Positions 9,018 through 17,412 of a stretch of 48,141 bases of DNA are shown here, one piece after another. The DNA comes from Acidobacteriota bacterium. Lineage in GTDB: Bacteria > Acidobacteriota > Polarisedimenticolia > Gp22-AA2 > AA152. The translations under genes were made by a program, and so were the position numbers. Below the pieces are notes generated by a model, which made no database searches, had not been told where the DNA came from, and saw nothing but the letters and a program-made list of their open reading frames with translations. Location: the NCBI GenBank assembly GCA_003222305.1, contig QHVQ01000026.1, positions 1-48,141 of the forward strand, in the 5' to 3' direction. Every line of letters starts with the position of its first letter. Position 1 is the first letter of the stretch.

Positions 9018-10220
9018 TCAACAGCAGCCGGAGGGAGGCTCGCAGCAGCTTGCAGGTGCTGCGGTGGTGATCTTGTAATCCATCCCCTTGCTCTCTCGGG
9101 GATGCCTCGATGCCGTCCGGCTGCAATCAAAGAGAGCCGCCTGTTCGATGGGGATTTCCGCTTTTGGCTCGATGAAGATCATGTCGTCCTTGTAGGGGCC
9201 TAGCGCGAGAAGGCGAAAGGTCTTCTCGCACACCGCCACCCGAACGCCGCGGGGATATACATGGTGACCATCGTCGGTCACGGACTTGAAGGGTCCTCGG
9301 TAGACAACCGCCTGATTGCGCTCCAGGCATTGCCCTTCCTCCCCTTTGTAAGCAGTCAGGGTGACGGAGCGGAACTCGATCCCTTCCACGGTCCTGTAGG
9401 GCTCCCGGTTCCAGGACTCCAGGGTGAGGCCATGGAACCCGGCCTGCTCGAATGCCTTCAGGAATTCCTCCTCCAGAAAAGCGCCCGAGACGCATCCACT
9501 CCAAAGATCCGGGTCCCGCTGGAGATGTTCCGGCACCGGCTCGTCGGCTACGATGTCGGAGATGGCGACGCGCCCTTCGGGCCGCAGCACCCGGTGCATC
9601 TCACGGAACAGCTGCCCTCGATCGTCCGGACGCACCAAGTTCAGCACGCAATTCGAAACGATCAGGTCCACCGAGCCGTTGGCGATCAAGGGAGCGGTGC
9701 GGCGCAGTTCTTCCTCGACGTTATGGATACTCAGAAGATCCTCGCTGCTTCTCGCCGGATGCTTCTCCAGGTATGCGTCCAGCCGCTCGCAATCCAGAGC
9801 CAGATCTTGGATCTTCCCCTTGCGGAACTCCATATTCAGGTACCCCAACCGGCGACCCAAATCCTCTTGGTGCTTCCGGGCCAGCGCCAACATTTCGTCG
9901 TTGAAGTCCACCCCAATGACCCTCCCTGTGGCTCCGACAATTTGGGAGAGAATGTAGCAGATCTTTCCGCTCCCGCTGCCCAGGTCCAGCACTGTCTCCC
10001 CGGGATGGACGAAGCGAGATGGATCGCCGCACCCGTAGTCTCGCTCTCGGATCGCTTCGGGGAGAGCCTCCAAGTACTTTGCATCATACGAGACCGGTGA
10101 GCACAGGGTCCCCTCTCTAGCACGTGCCCCGTTGCTATACCGTTCAAGGACCACCCCCTCCAGATCCAGAGAGCGAGCATAACGTGGGGCGATGGGCGAG
10201 GAAGAGTGACCATAATCCAT
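9018..10220 (-). CDS. SAM-dependent methyltransferase, arsenite methyltransferase (ArsM)-like
   Basis: Motif I is VLDLGSGSGK. Cysteine contexts typical of ArsM are present: DYGCGDP, SNCVLNLV and WSGCVSGAF, plus an N-terminal LCSP. The C-terminus is Cys-rich (CCEPPSGCC). A ~45-aa insert lies between motif I and SNCV. Confidence 0.7.
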   Translation of the reverse strand: MDYGHSSSPIAPRYARSLDLEGVVLERYSNGARAREGTLCSPVSYDAKYLEALPEAIRERDYGCGDPSRFVHPGETVLDLGSGSGKICYILSQIVGATGRVIGVDFNDEMLALARKHQEDLGRRLGYLNMEFRKGKIQDLALDCERLDAYLEKHPARSSEDLLSIHNVEEELRRTAPLIANGSVDLIVSNCVLNLVRPDDRGQLFREMHRVLRPEGRVAISDIVADEPVPEHLQRDPDLWSGCVSGAFLEEEFLKAFEQAGFHGLTLESWNREPYRTVEGIEFRSVTLTAYKGEEGQCLERNQAVVYRGPFKSVTDDGHHVYPRGVRVAVCEKTFRLLALGPYKDDMIFIEPKAEIPIEQAALFDCSRTASRHPRESKGMDYKITTAAPASCCEPPSGCC

Positions 10221-10279
10221 GAGATTTCTCCCGGGATGGAGCCTTCGCTGGCCTGGAAGGCGCTTTCGAAGGGTGCTTT

Positions 10280-10315
10280 CTAGAGAACTCTAGCGGCCGA
10301 AAAGATCCGCGTCAA
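10280..10315 (-). promoter_or_regulatory. Candidate promoter (TTGACG-17-TAGAGT) with an overlapping inverted repeat CTAGAG-NN-CTCTAG, upstream of the ArsM-like operon
   Basis: On the minus strand, TTGACG is at 10315-10310 and TAGAGT at 10292-10287. The inverted repeat at 10280-10293 covers the -10 element. Confidence 0.4.
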
Positions 10316-10405
10316 GCCTGACACCGCCGCTTCGGGTATCCGGTCCAACAGCGGGGCTGACGATCCTATTCCTTGAAATACCGAGCCTTAGGAAGGTTTC
10401 GCGTA

Positions 10406-10433
10406 TTGACATCCCCCCCTTCAGACCTATATT
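10406..10433 (+). promoter_or_regulatory. Candidate promoter for the DUF4388 gene (TTGACA-16-TATATT)
   Basis: TTGACA at 10406-10411 and TATATT at 10428-10433. GAGGAGGGG lies ahead of the ATG at 10473. Confidence 0.45.
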
Positions 10434-10472
10434 CCCCCGGGCGGATCCTCGAGGAGGGGATTTCCCTTATCT

Positions 10473-11894
10473 ATGGAGGACCACGCGGTGACTCCTCATC
10501 CGGGAACGGGAAACCTTGCTGAAGCAGGGGTTTGCGAAATCCTGGCCCGGTTAAGCCGTGGGCGGGAGACCGGGGTGCTTCACCTCTCGGGACCTGCCGC
10601 GGGAAAGTCAGTGTACCTGCAACAGGGCAGCGTCGTTTTCGCCTCGTCCCAAGATCCCGACGATCGACTGGGTGAAATGCTCCTGACCCGCGGAGTCATC
10701 TCCCGCGAACAGTGGGAGCAAGCGGCGGGGCAGGTCGGTCCAGGCAAGCGCTTGGGGACCGTTCTGGTGGAGAGGGGGTTTCTTCCTGCCGCCGAGCTTC
10801 CGCGGTGGGTTCGGGAGCAAGTCAAGGAAATCATCTTTTCTCTCTTCTCCTGGACGGAGGGCGAGTATCGGTTCGAGCCGGGTCCCTTTCCCTCCAGCGA
10901 AGCGATCACCCTGAGGATTTCAACGGCGGAGATCTTTCTCTCAGGGCTTAGGCGAGTGCAGAAGTGGTCCGTACTCCGAAGGGGGACGGGTGAAATCAGG
11001 ATCCCTTACCGGCTCTCTCCCGATTATCGTGAAACACTCGGTGAGGTCGTTCCCGAGAAGGAGGAGAAGAGGCTTCTCGCACTCCTGGAATCAAAGCCCC
11101 TCACCATGGAGCAGGCGGCACTGGAGTCGGGCCTTTCCACTCTGAGGGTCTATCAGCTGTTTTATGCGTTCCGTGCGCTGGGCATTATCGTGCCCGCCGA
11201 GGTAGTGGTTTCGGTACCCAGGGCGCAGGAAGCGGAGGCTCCGCAACTCGACCAAGGGGCCACGCTGCAAATCGCCGTTCCCACCCACTTGCTTCCGTCC
11301 CCTCGGCCTGCGCTGGCGACGATGAGTGGGGCTCTCACCACCGGCGGTCTTCGAAGCTCTGCAGTCGAAGAGGCCCAAACCTCCGCACCGCCTGCCGCCA
11401 TGCCTGACGTGGGCGCGCAGACGGTCATGCTGCGCATGCCGCTCATCCCCCCCGCAGCGCCCGCGGGGAACCTCGCCCAGTCTCCGACGCCGGAGTCGGT
11501 TGAAGCCGCGCCCGGCGCGCTGCAGGTCCTGCGGGACGGTGATCCTCCTGAGGCGAGTGTCAGGACCCCTCCGACGCCGGCTCGTCGCCCTTCGACTCGG
11601 AGTGAAGATGCCTCCTCCAGACCGGGGAGTGCCCCAGGGCCTGCCGATCCTTCCCGGCAAGAGAGCTCTTCGATCACCTCGGGAGCGAAAAGAAAAAACA
11701 GGATGGAGTATCGCGTGATCCGGATGGAAGCCGAGAAGCTGGAGGATAATGGTGCCCAATCCATCGAAGAGCTGCTCCGACAGTGGACCTCCAAGGGATA
11801 TCAGTTCGCCGGCGTCGTAGGCGGCAGGGCCTCCGGATTCTTCGGTTCCACCGGTCCGTTCTTCTTCATCTTCACTCGCGACAACCCTTCCTGA
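10473..11894 (+). CDS. DUF4388 (PATAN-like) domain protein with a Pro/Ala-rich linker and a DUF4177-like C-terminal domain
   Basis: The N-terminus GNLAEAGVCEILARLSRGRETGVLHLSG...VYLQQGSVVFASS...RLGEMLL fits DUF4388. A ~170-aa low-complexity P/A/S region follows. The C-terminus MEYRVIRMEA...IEELLRQWTSKGYQFAGVV...FFFIFTRD is DUF4177-like. Confidence 0.7.
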   Translation: MEDHAVTPHPGTGNLAEAGVCEILARLSRGRETGVLHLSGPAAGKSVYLQQGSVVFASSQDPDDRLGEMLLTRGVISREQWEQAAGQVGPGKRLGTVLVERGFLPAAELPRWVREQVKEIIFSLFSWTEGEYRFEPGPFPSSEAITLRISTAEIFLSGLRRVQKWSVLRRGTGEIRIPYRLSPDYRETLGEVVPEKEEKRLLALLESKPLTMEQAALESGLSTLRVYQLFYAFRALGIIVPAEVVVSVPRAQEAEAPQLDQGATLQIAVPTHLLPSPRPALATMSGALTTGGLRSSAVEEAQTSAPPAAMPDVGAQTVMLRMPLIPPAAPAGNLAQSPTPESVEAAPGALQVLRDGDPPEASVRTPPTPARRPSTRSEDASSRPGSAPGPADPSRQESSSITSGAKRKNRMEYRVIRMEAEKLEDNGAQSIEELLRQWTSKGYQFAGVVGGRASGFFGSTGPFFFIFTRDNPS

Positions 11895-11957
11895 GGCTTC
11901 GTAATCTTGCAGCGCACCGCGGCCTCTGGTATAGAGAGCGCACGGGGAGGGGAGTTC

Positions 11958-12780
11958 ATGCGCATCGCTCGATACTTCATCCAGGGAAAAGCGGTCACCG
12001 GACAGCTCAACGGAGACTGGTTGCATCCCTTCTTGGACGATTCTTTGGAGGAGATCGAGCCGCAGGCAGCGCCGCTGAGCGTGGCGGGGGAGAAGCCGTT
12101 GCCTCCCTGTCGGCCTGGCAAAGTCATCGGAATCGGTGCTGAACTACCGTGACCACGCGAAGGAACGCGGCAAGCCCCTTCCCTCCGAGCCTCTCATTTT
12201 TCTGAAGCCTCCTTCAGCGGTGGCGGCCTCCGGTGAGCCGATTCTTCTCCCCGCGGGTGTGGGGCGGGTCGACCACGAAGCGGAGCTGGCGATCGTCATC
12301 GGGCGGACGGCAAGAAACCTGGCGGTGGCCAGCGCTGGAGAGGCAATTCTCGGATACACCTGCTTCAATGATGTGACGGCCAGGGAAGTGCAGGACCGGG
12401 AGATTCAATACACGCGCGCCAAAGGCTTCGATACTTTCGCTCCCATGGGACCATGGGTCGAAACGGAACTGGACCCGTCGGATCTCGCCGTCGAGGGGAA
12501 GGTAAATGGCGTAGTCCGCCAGAGCTCCCGCACCCGGCAACTGGTCTTCCCGCCGGCTTTCCTAGTTGCATTCGTCTCCCGAATCATGACCCTCTTCCCC
12601 GGAAACGTCATCGCCACGGGTACGCCCGCCGGCATCGGCCCCCTCGTGGACGGCGACACGGTGGAGATCGCCATCGAGGGAATCGGCACTCTCACCAACC
12701 CCGTGCGTTCCGTCAGACACCGAGGGAAGGAGCCTATTTTTCCGGCGCTTGCACGAACTGCCAGCCGAAGCGTCCCTTAA
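11958..12780 (+). pseudogene. Fumarylacetoacetate hydrolase (FAH) family protein interrupted by a +1 frameshift
   Basis: MRIARYF...PGKVIGIG runs in one frame (ATG 11958 after GGAGGGGAG). LNYRDHAKERG...DHEAELAIVIG...FNDVTARE...KGFDTFAPMGP...TGTPAGIG follows in the next frame. The conserved (I/V)G(I/L)GLNY block is split by a single extra base at about 12138. Confidence 0.75.
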
Positions 12781-13576
12781 TGCAGAGGTGTCCCCCGGTG
12801 ACGGTGTGGTCCTGCGGGGAGGTGGCCTTCACGATCCGATTGTCCTGGACGTGGAGGGTAAGGGCGCATCCGACGCCGCAGTAAGGGCATATGGTGTCGG
12901 TCTGGGTCTGCCGCGACTCATCCCAGGAGCCGTCCCGGCGCATCTCGTGCTCGCTCTTAAAGATGAGGGCACCCGTGGGACAGACGCCGATGCAGTTGCC
13001 GCAGAAGACGCAAGCGGAATCGGGGAGGGGACGATCGAACTCGGTGGCAATGCGGGCGTCGAATCCCCGCCCCGCCACGGAGATGGCAAAGGTGTTCTGG
13101 GCCTCCTCGCCGCAGGCGTCCACGCACCGGTAGCAAAGAATGCAGCGGGACAGGTCGCGGACATAGAGATCGTTGTCTACCTTTACCGGCTGCGCGACGG
13201 TGGCGGGAGCTGGCAAGTCCTTGCTTCCGTATCGTTCGGGGCGAGCGCCGTAGCGATTCACATACTCCTGGGCTCCGGGCGCGAGAGAAAGGTCCACCGA
13301 GGAGGCAAGGAACTCCATCACCATGCGCCGGGCCAGGCGTACCCGCTCCGAATCGGTCCGCACCACCATCCCGCGCTCGACCTGGCGTGAGCAAGCAGGG
13401 ACCAGCACCCGGGAGCCCTCCACCTCCACCATGCAGATGCGACAGGCGCTAGCGGGTGTCATCCCGTCCAGAAAGCAGAGCGTCGGGACCTCGATTCCGG
13501 CGCTACGGCATGCCTGAAGTAGGGTGAACTGATGAGGCACTTCCCGGCGGATGGTGTCCAGTGTGATCTCGATCAT
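12734..13576 (-). CDS. Formate dehydrogenase alpha-subunit Fe-S module (2Fe-2S ferredoxin, two 4Fe-4S, MopB-type 4Fe-4S), encoded as a separate ORF
   Basis: From ATG 13576 the ORF reads MIEITLD...LCFLDGMTPASACRICMVEV (2Fe-2S), CILCYRCVDAC and CVFCGNCIGVCP (4Fe-4S), CPYCGVGC (MopB N-terminal cluster) and GHLCIKGRFGWQF, then stops. The upstream part of ORF 13828 overlaps the NuoF gene and is not used. Confidence 0.8.
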   Translation of the reverse strand: MIEITLDTIRREVPHQFTLLQACRSAGIEVPTLCFLDGMTPASACRICMVEVEGSRVLVPACSRQVERGMVVRTDSERVRLARRMVMEFLASSVDLSLAPGAQEYVNRYGARPERYGSKDLPAPATVAQPVKVDNDLYVRDLSRCILCYRCVDACGEEAQNTFAISVAGRGFDARIATEFDRPLPDSACVFCGNCIGVCPTGALIFKSEHEMRRDGSWDESRQTQTDTICPYCGVGCALTLHVQDNRIVKATSPQDHTVTGGHLCIKGRFGWQFVQAPEK

Positions 13577-13596
13577 GGAGCTGGGCGTCGCGGGCT

Positions 13597-15390
13597 TCAC
13601 CTCTTCCCCTCCGCAGGCAGATCGCCGAACCGGGCGAGACCTGATTGAATGGCGCTGGCCGCCGTCTGGCCCAATCCGCAGATGGAGGCATCTCGCATCG
13701 CCTGGGATATCTCGGAGAGGAGCGCCAGGTCCTCCTGCTTCCGTGAGCCCTTCTCGCCCCGAAGGATCCGTTGGAGTACCTCCTCCTGCCTCACAGTTCC
13801 GACGCGACAGGGAACGCATTGTCCGCATGATTCTTCTCGGAAAAATGCGGCCAGGCGAAGCATCAACTCCTTCGGATTCACCGTATCGTCAAAAACCATG
13901 ACGGCCCCTGAGCCCAGGCTTGTCCCGGCGGCCCGGGTGCCTTCGAAGGAGAGCGGCAGAGCCAGGTCCTCGGGACCTACAAAGCTGCCCGCGGCACCTC
14001 CCAAGAGAACGGCGAGTAGCGTGCGTCCCTCTGGTACCGAGCCGGCCATGTCCAGGAGCGCACCCAGAGTCGTTCCCAAGGGGACCTCGTAGAGCCCCGG
14101 ACGCCGGACACATCCGGAGAGACAGAAAAGACGCGTCCCTGTGGAGTCCTTGGTCCCGAGCGAGGCGAAGGCCTTTCCTCCTTCGAGGACGATATCGGGG
14201 ATGTTGGCAAGGGTTTCGACATTGTTGATCACCGTGGGCTTCCGGAAAAGCCCGGAGATTACGGGAAAGGGAGGCTTGGTGCGTGGCTCACCGCGATATC
14301 CTTCCAAGGAATTGCAGATGTAGGCACCCGCGCCCTGGCGGATCTCCAGATCGAAAGCAAACTCGCTCCCCAGAATCCGTGCTCCTAGAAATCCGTTGGC
14401 CCGAGCCTGTGCCACGGCGATCGCCAGGCGCTCCGCAGCCAGAGGATACTCTCCACGTATGTACACGTACCCGTGTTCACATCCCGTGGCGAAGGCCGAC
14501 ACCGCCATGGCTTCCACCAGGGCAAAGGGGTCTTCTTCCAGGAGAACTCGATCCTTGAATGTCCCAGGCTCCGATTCGTCGGCGTTGCAGACCAGGTAAT
14601 GCGTTTTTGCCTTGGCGTTGGCCACCGCCTCCCATTTGCGGGCCGTGGGAAAGGCAGCGCCTCCGCGCCCGAGAAGCCCCGAAGTAGCCACCTCGCGAAG
14701 CACCCCCTCGGGCCCGAGGTGCAGGGCGTGGGGCAGAGCCCGGTACCCGCCGTGCTTGCAGTAATCGGACAGGCTGCTGGGGTCTACGCGACCCACCCGC
14801 CGGAGCAGCCTCAGGGCTTTCTGATCGAGCTGCGGAATCTTCCTGTCGGTGCCCGGGGGGGGTGAAAGGGACCTTCCCTCCACAGCAGTAAGGACCTGCG
14901 AAGGATTTGTCTCCAGCATCGACAACTGCTCCGGGTCGACGCCGGCGCGCGTTACCAGGACCGCTGGAGCCCGATCGCATTGCCCAAGGCACGCGCTGCG
15001 CTGCCACGGCGAGTTCCCCGGCCGGTGGGGCTGCGTGGGCGGGCCCAGCCTCCGCTCCAGCTCCAGACAGAGATCCTCCGATCCCTTCAGCCGGCAGACC
15101 AGATCCTCACAGACGTAAGCCATGGCGGGGGGGCGCGGAGTGAGGGAAAGCATTCGATAGAAGCCGGCAACACCGTAGGCATCCGCCGGAGCCACATCCA
15201 GGCGTCGGCAGATGTAGTTCAGGGCTCCTTCGCTCACCCATCCTGCACGGGACTGCACCGCCAGCAGCGCGGGGAGAAGCAAGTCGCGCCCGGGATTGTT
15301 GCTTGCCTCGCGGTCCTCGGCTCCCAGCAGGGCATCCACCGCCTCTCGTTCCGCGGCGGATTCCCGGGCGGTGCTTAAGCGGAGATCCAT
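13597..15390 (-). CDS. NuoE-NuoF fusion (NAD(H)-binding diaphorase subunit of formate dehydrogenase, FdsG/FdsB-like)
   Basis: The N-terminal NuoE-like 2Fe-2S region reads YVCEDLVC...CLGQCDRAPAV. NuoF blocks are GLLGRGGAAFPT, YLVCNADESEPGTFKDR, PTVINNVETLANIP and ESCGQCVPCRVG. ATG at 15390 follows AGGAGAG. The GEETAL segment is absent (see findings). Confidence 0.85.
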   Translation of the reverse strand: MDLRLSTARESAAEREAVDALLGAEDREASNNPGRDLLLPALLAVQSRAGWVSEGALNYICRRLDVAPADAYGVAGFYRMLSLTPRPPAMAYVCEDLVCRLKGSEDLCLELERRLGPPTQPHRPGNSPWQRSACLGQCDRAPAVLVTRAGVDPEQLSMLETNPSQVLTAVEGRSLSPPPGTDRKIPQLDQKALRLLRRVGRVDPSSLSDYCKHGGYRALPHALHLGPEGVLREVATSGLLGRGGAAFPTARKWEAVANAKAKTHYLVCNADESEPGTFKDRVLLEEDPFALVEAMAVSAFATGCEHGYVYIRGEYPLAAERLAIAVAQARANGFLGARILGSEFAFDLEIRQGAGAYICNSLEGYRGEPRTKPPFPVISGLFRKPTVINNVETLANIPDIVLEGGKAFASLGTKDSTGTRLFCLSGCVRRPGLYEVPLGTTLGALLDMAGSVPEGRTLLAVLLGGAAGSFVGPEDLALPLSFEGTRAAGTSLGSGAVMVFDDTVNPKELMLRLAAFFREESCGQCVPCRVGTVRQEEVLQRILRGEKGSRKQEDLALLSEISQAMRDASICGLGQTAASAIQSGLARFGDLPAEGKR

Positions 15391-17309
15391 TCCTTGTCTC
15401 TCCTGCCGGCGCTGCCCGAGTCGAGCCGGTCGATACGAATGGCGCTCGCCTTGAACTCCGCCGTGCCTGACTTGGGATCGTTGGCCTCGATCGTGAGCCG
15501 ATTGGTTTCCACCTCATCGGGGAAGTGGAGAGTCATGAAAGCAAGCCCGGGCCTCAGGCCAGCATCGTACCGGACCGGGACGACGACCGAGCCTCGACGC
15601 GAAGTGACCCGTACGACTTCATCCTCCGCCACACCGTAGCGGGCCCCATCCTCGGGGGAGATGTCCAGGGTCTCCCCGCGCCGCAGCGGGGAAGCGAAGG
15701 CTCGTGTCTGCACGCCGGTGTTGAAAGAGTCCAACCGTCGACCCGTGGTGAGGCGAATGGGAAACTCTTCGGTCAGCGTGTCCACGGGCGGCTCGAACTC
15801 GACAACGCTGAATAGCGCCCGGGGTCCTTTCACAGGTTCTTCCCAGAGTCGCGCATGAAGGAACTGTGTCCCGGCATGGTTCTCGTCCGGGCAGGGCCAC
15901 TGGATTCCTCCCATCGTATCCAGGCGCCGGTACGACATCCCGGCATGCATGGGAGAGAGGGACCTCAGCTCGTCCCAGACCTCCTCCGCTGTGGGGTGAC
16001 CCCAGTCGTGTCCCAGGCGACGCGCCAGCTCAACAAGAATGGCCAGGTCATCACGGGCTTCAGCCGGCGGTTCCATCGCCTTCCGCACCCGCTGCACCCG
16101 GCGTTCGCTGTTGGTGACCGTTCCTTCCGTCTCACACCAGGAGGCTGCGGCCGGAAGAACCACATGGGCCATCTCCGCGGTGCGGGTCATGATCAGATCC
16201 TGTACCACCAGTTGGTCCAGTCCCTCCAGCAGGTGCATGGCCCGCTGCACGTCGGCCTCGGACTGGGCCGGATTCTCGCCGATGATATAGACGTTTCGCA
16301 GCTCGCCGCGTTCCATGGCTTCAAACATGCCCGTCAAATGCCATCCCTTCTTCGGCGGGATGCTGGCCTTCCAGGCGCGCTCGAATTTCGAGCGAAGTGC
16401 TCCGTCTTCGACGTCCTGGAATCCCGGCAGCTTGTTGGGGAGTGCACCCATGTCGCCACCCCCCTGCACATTGTTCTGCCCTCTCAGGGGGTTCACACCT
16501 GAGCCGTACCGTCCCACATGGCCCGTGAGGAGAGCCAGGTTGATGAGGGCCAACACGTTATCTACGGCGTTGTGGTGTTCGGTGATGCCGAGCGTCCAGC
16601 AGAGCTGTGCCCGTGAGGCGCGGGCGTAATCATGAGCCAGCTGGCGGATCAGCGATGCGGGGACGCCCGTGAGGCGCTCCCCCTCCTCCAGCGTGTACGG
16701 CGCCACGCAGTCCTGGTACTTGTCAAACCCCATGGTGGCGCGGGCAATGAACGCATCGTGCTGGAGGCCCGCATCCAGAATCTCCCGCGCCATGGCGTTG
16801 GCCAGGGCGATATCGGAACCCACATCCAGCCCCAGCCAGGCATGAGCCCAACGGGCGGAACTGGTGCGCCGGGGATCTACTACGTAAAGCTTCGCGCCGC
16901 GATGCACCCCCTTGAGAACGTGGTGGAAAAAGATGGGGTGGGTATCGCGGGCGTTGGAGCCCCAGAGGATGATCAGGTCGGCGTCTTCCGCCTCGCCATA
17001 AGAGCTGGTGCCGCCTCCCGCCCCGAAGACCGTCGCCAGACCGACGACGCTGGGGGCGTGTCACGTGCGGTTGCAGCTGTCGATGTTATTGCTCCCCAGC
17101 ACCGTCCGCGCGAACTTCTGGGCAAGAAAATTTACCTCATTGGTGGCTTTGGAGCAGCTGAAGAGACCGAACCCGCTGCCCCCGTACCTCTCGACCGTGG
17201 TCTTGAACCCTTCGGCCGCACGGTCGAGCGCCTCCTCCCAAGAGGCGTGCCGCAGCCTTCCATTCTCCCGGACCATGGGCCGAGTAATGCGCTGATGGGG
17301 TCCTTTCAT
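15375..17309 (-). CDS. fdhA: Formate dehydrogenase catalytic (molybdopterin) module with in-frame UGA selenocysteine
   Basis: ORFs 17061..17309 and 15375..16907 are in one frame and joined through TGA at 17061-17063. The context is NNIDSCNRT-U-HAPSVVGLATVFG, like the CAR(V/I)UHGPSV active site of FdhF/FdhA. MopB and molydop-binding domains follow to the stop at 15375. GGAGG lies 7 nt before ATG 17309. Confidence 0.85.
17021..17063 (-). promoter_or_regulatory. Sec-UGA plus bacterial SECIS-like hairpin
   Basis: The minus-strand RNA is UGA CACGCCCCCAG CGUCGUC GGUCU GGCGACG GUCUUCGGGG. It forms a 7-bp stem with a GGUCU apical loop starting 18 nt after UGA, the same spacing and GGUCUG loop context I recall for E. 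coli fdhF. A lower CCCC/GGGG pairing is also possible. Confidence 0.6.
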
Positions 17310-17412
17310 CGCCGTACCTCCGTGATTCCGAAGTTCTCGCTTGTATGATTCTGCCGCGTCTGCAGGGTCTCCAGCGGAACCCCTTCAGTATACGCCCGCT
17401 CCACGTGACGTT

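Noticed and set aside
15375-17309. Treating 17061..17309 (82 aa) and 15375..16907 (510 aa) as two separate genes.
   Set aside because: They share one frame. The region between TGA 17061-17063 and the first Met of the second ORF encodes conserved MopB sequence (HAPSVVGLATVFGAGGGTSSYGEAEDADLIILWGSNARDTHPIFF...). The TGA sits at the known Sec position with a SECIS-like hairpin after it.
17310-17412. Moco riboswitch or other leader element upstream of the molybdoenzyme gene fdhA.
   Set aside because: No recognisable conserved Moco-motif blocks were seen by eye. Only a GGAGG RBS is evident.
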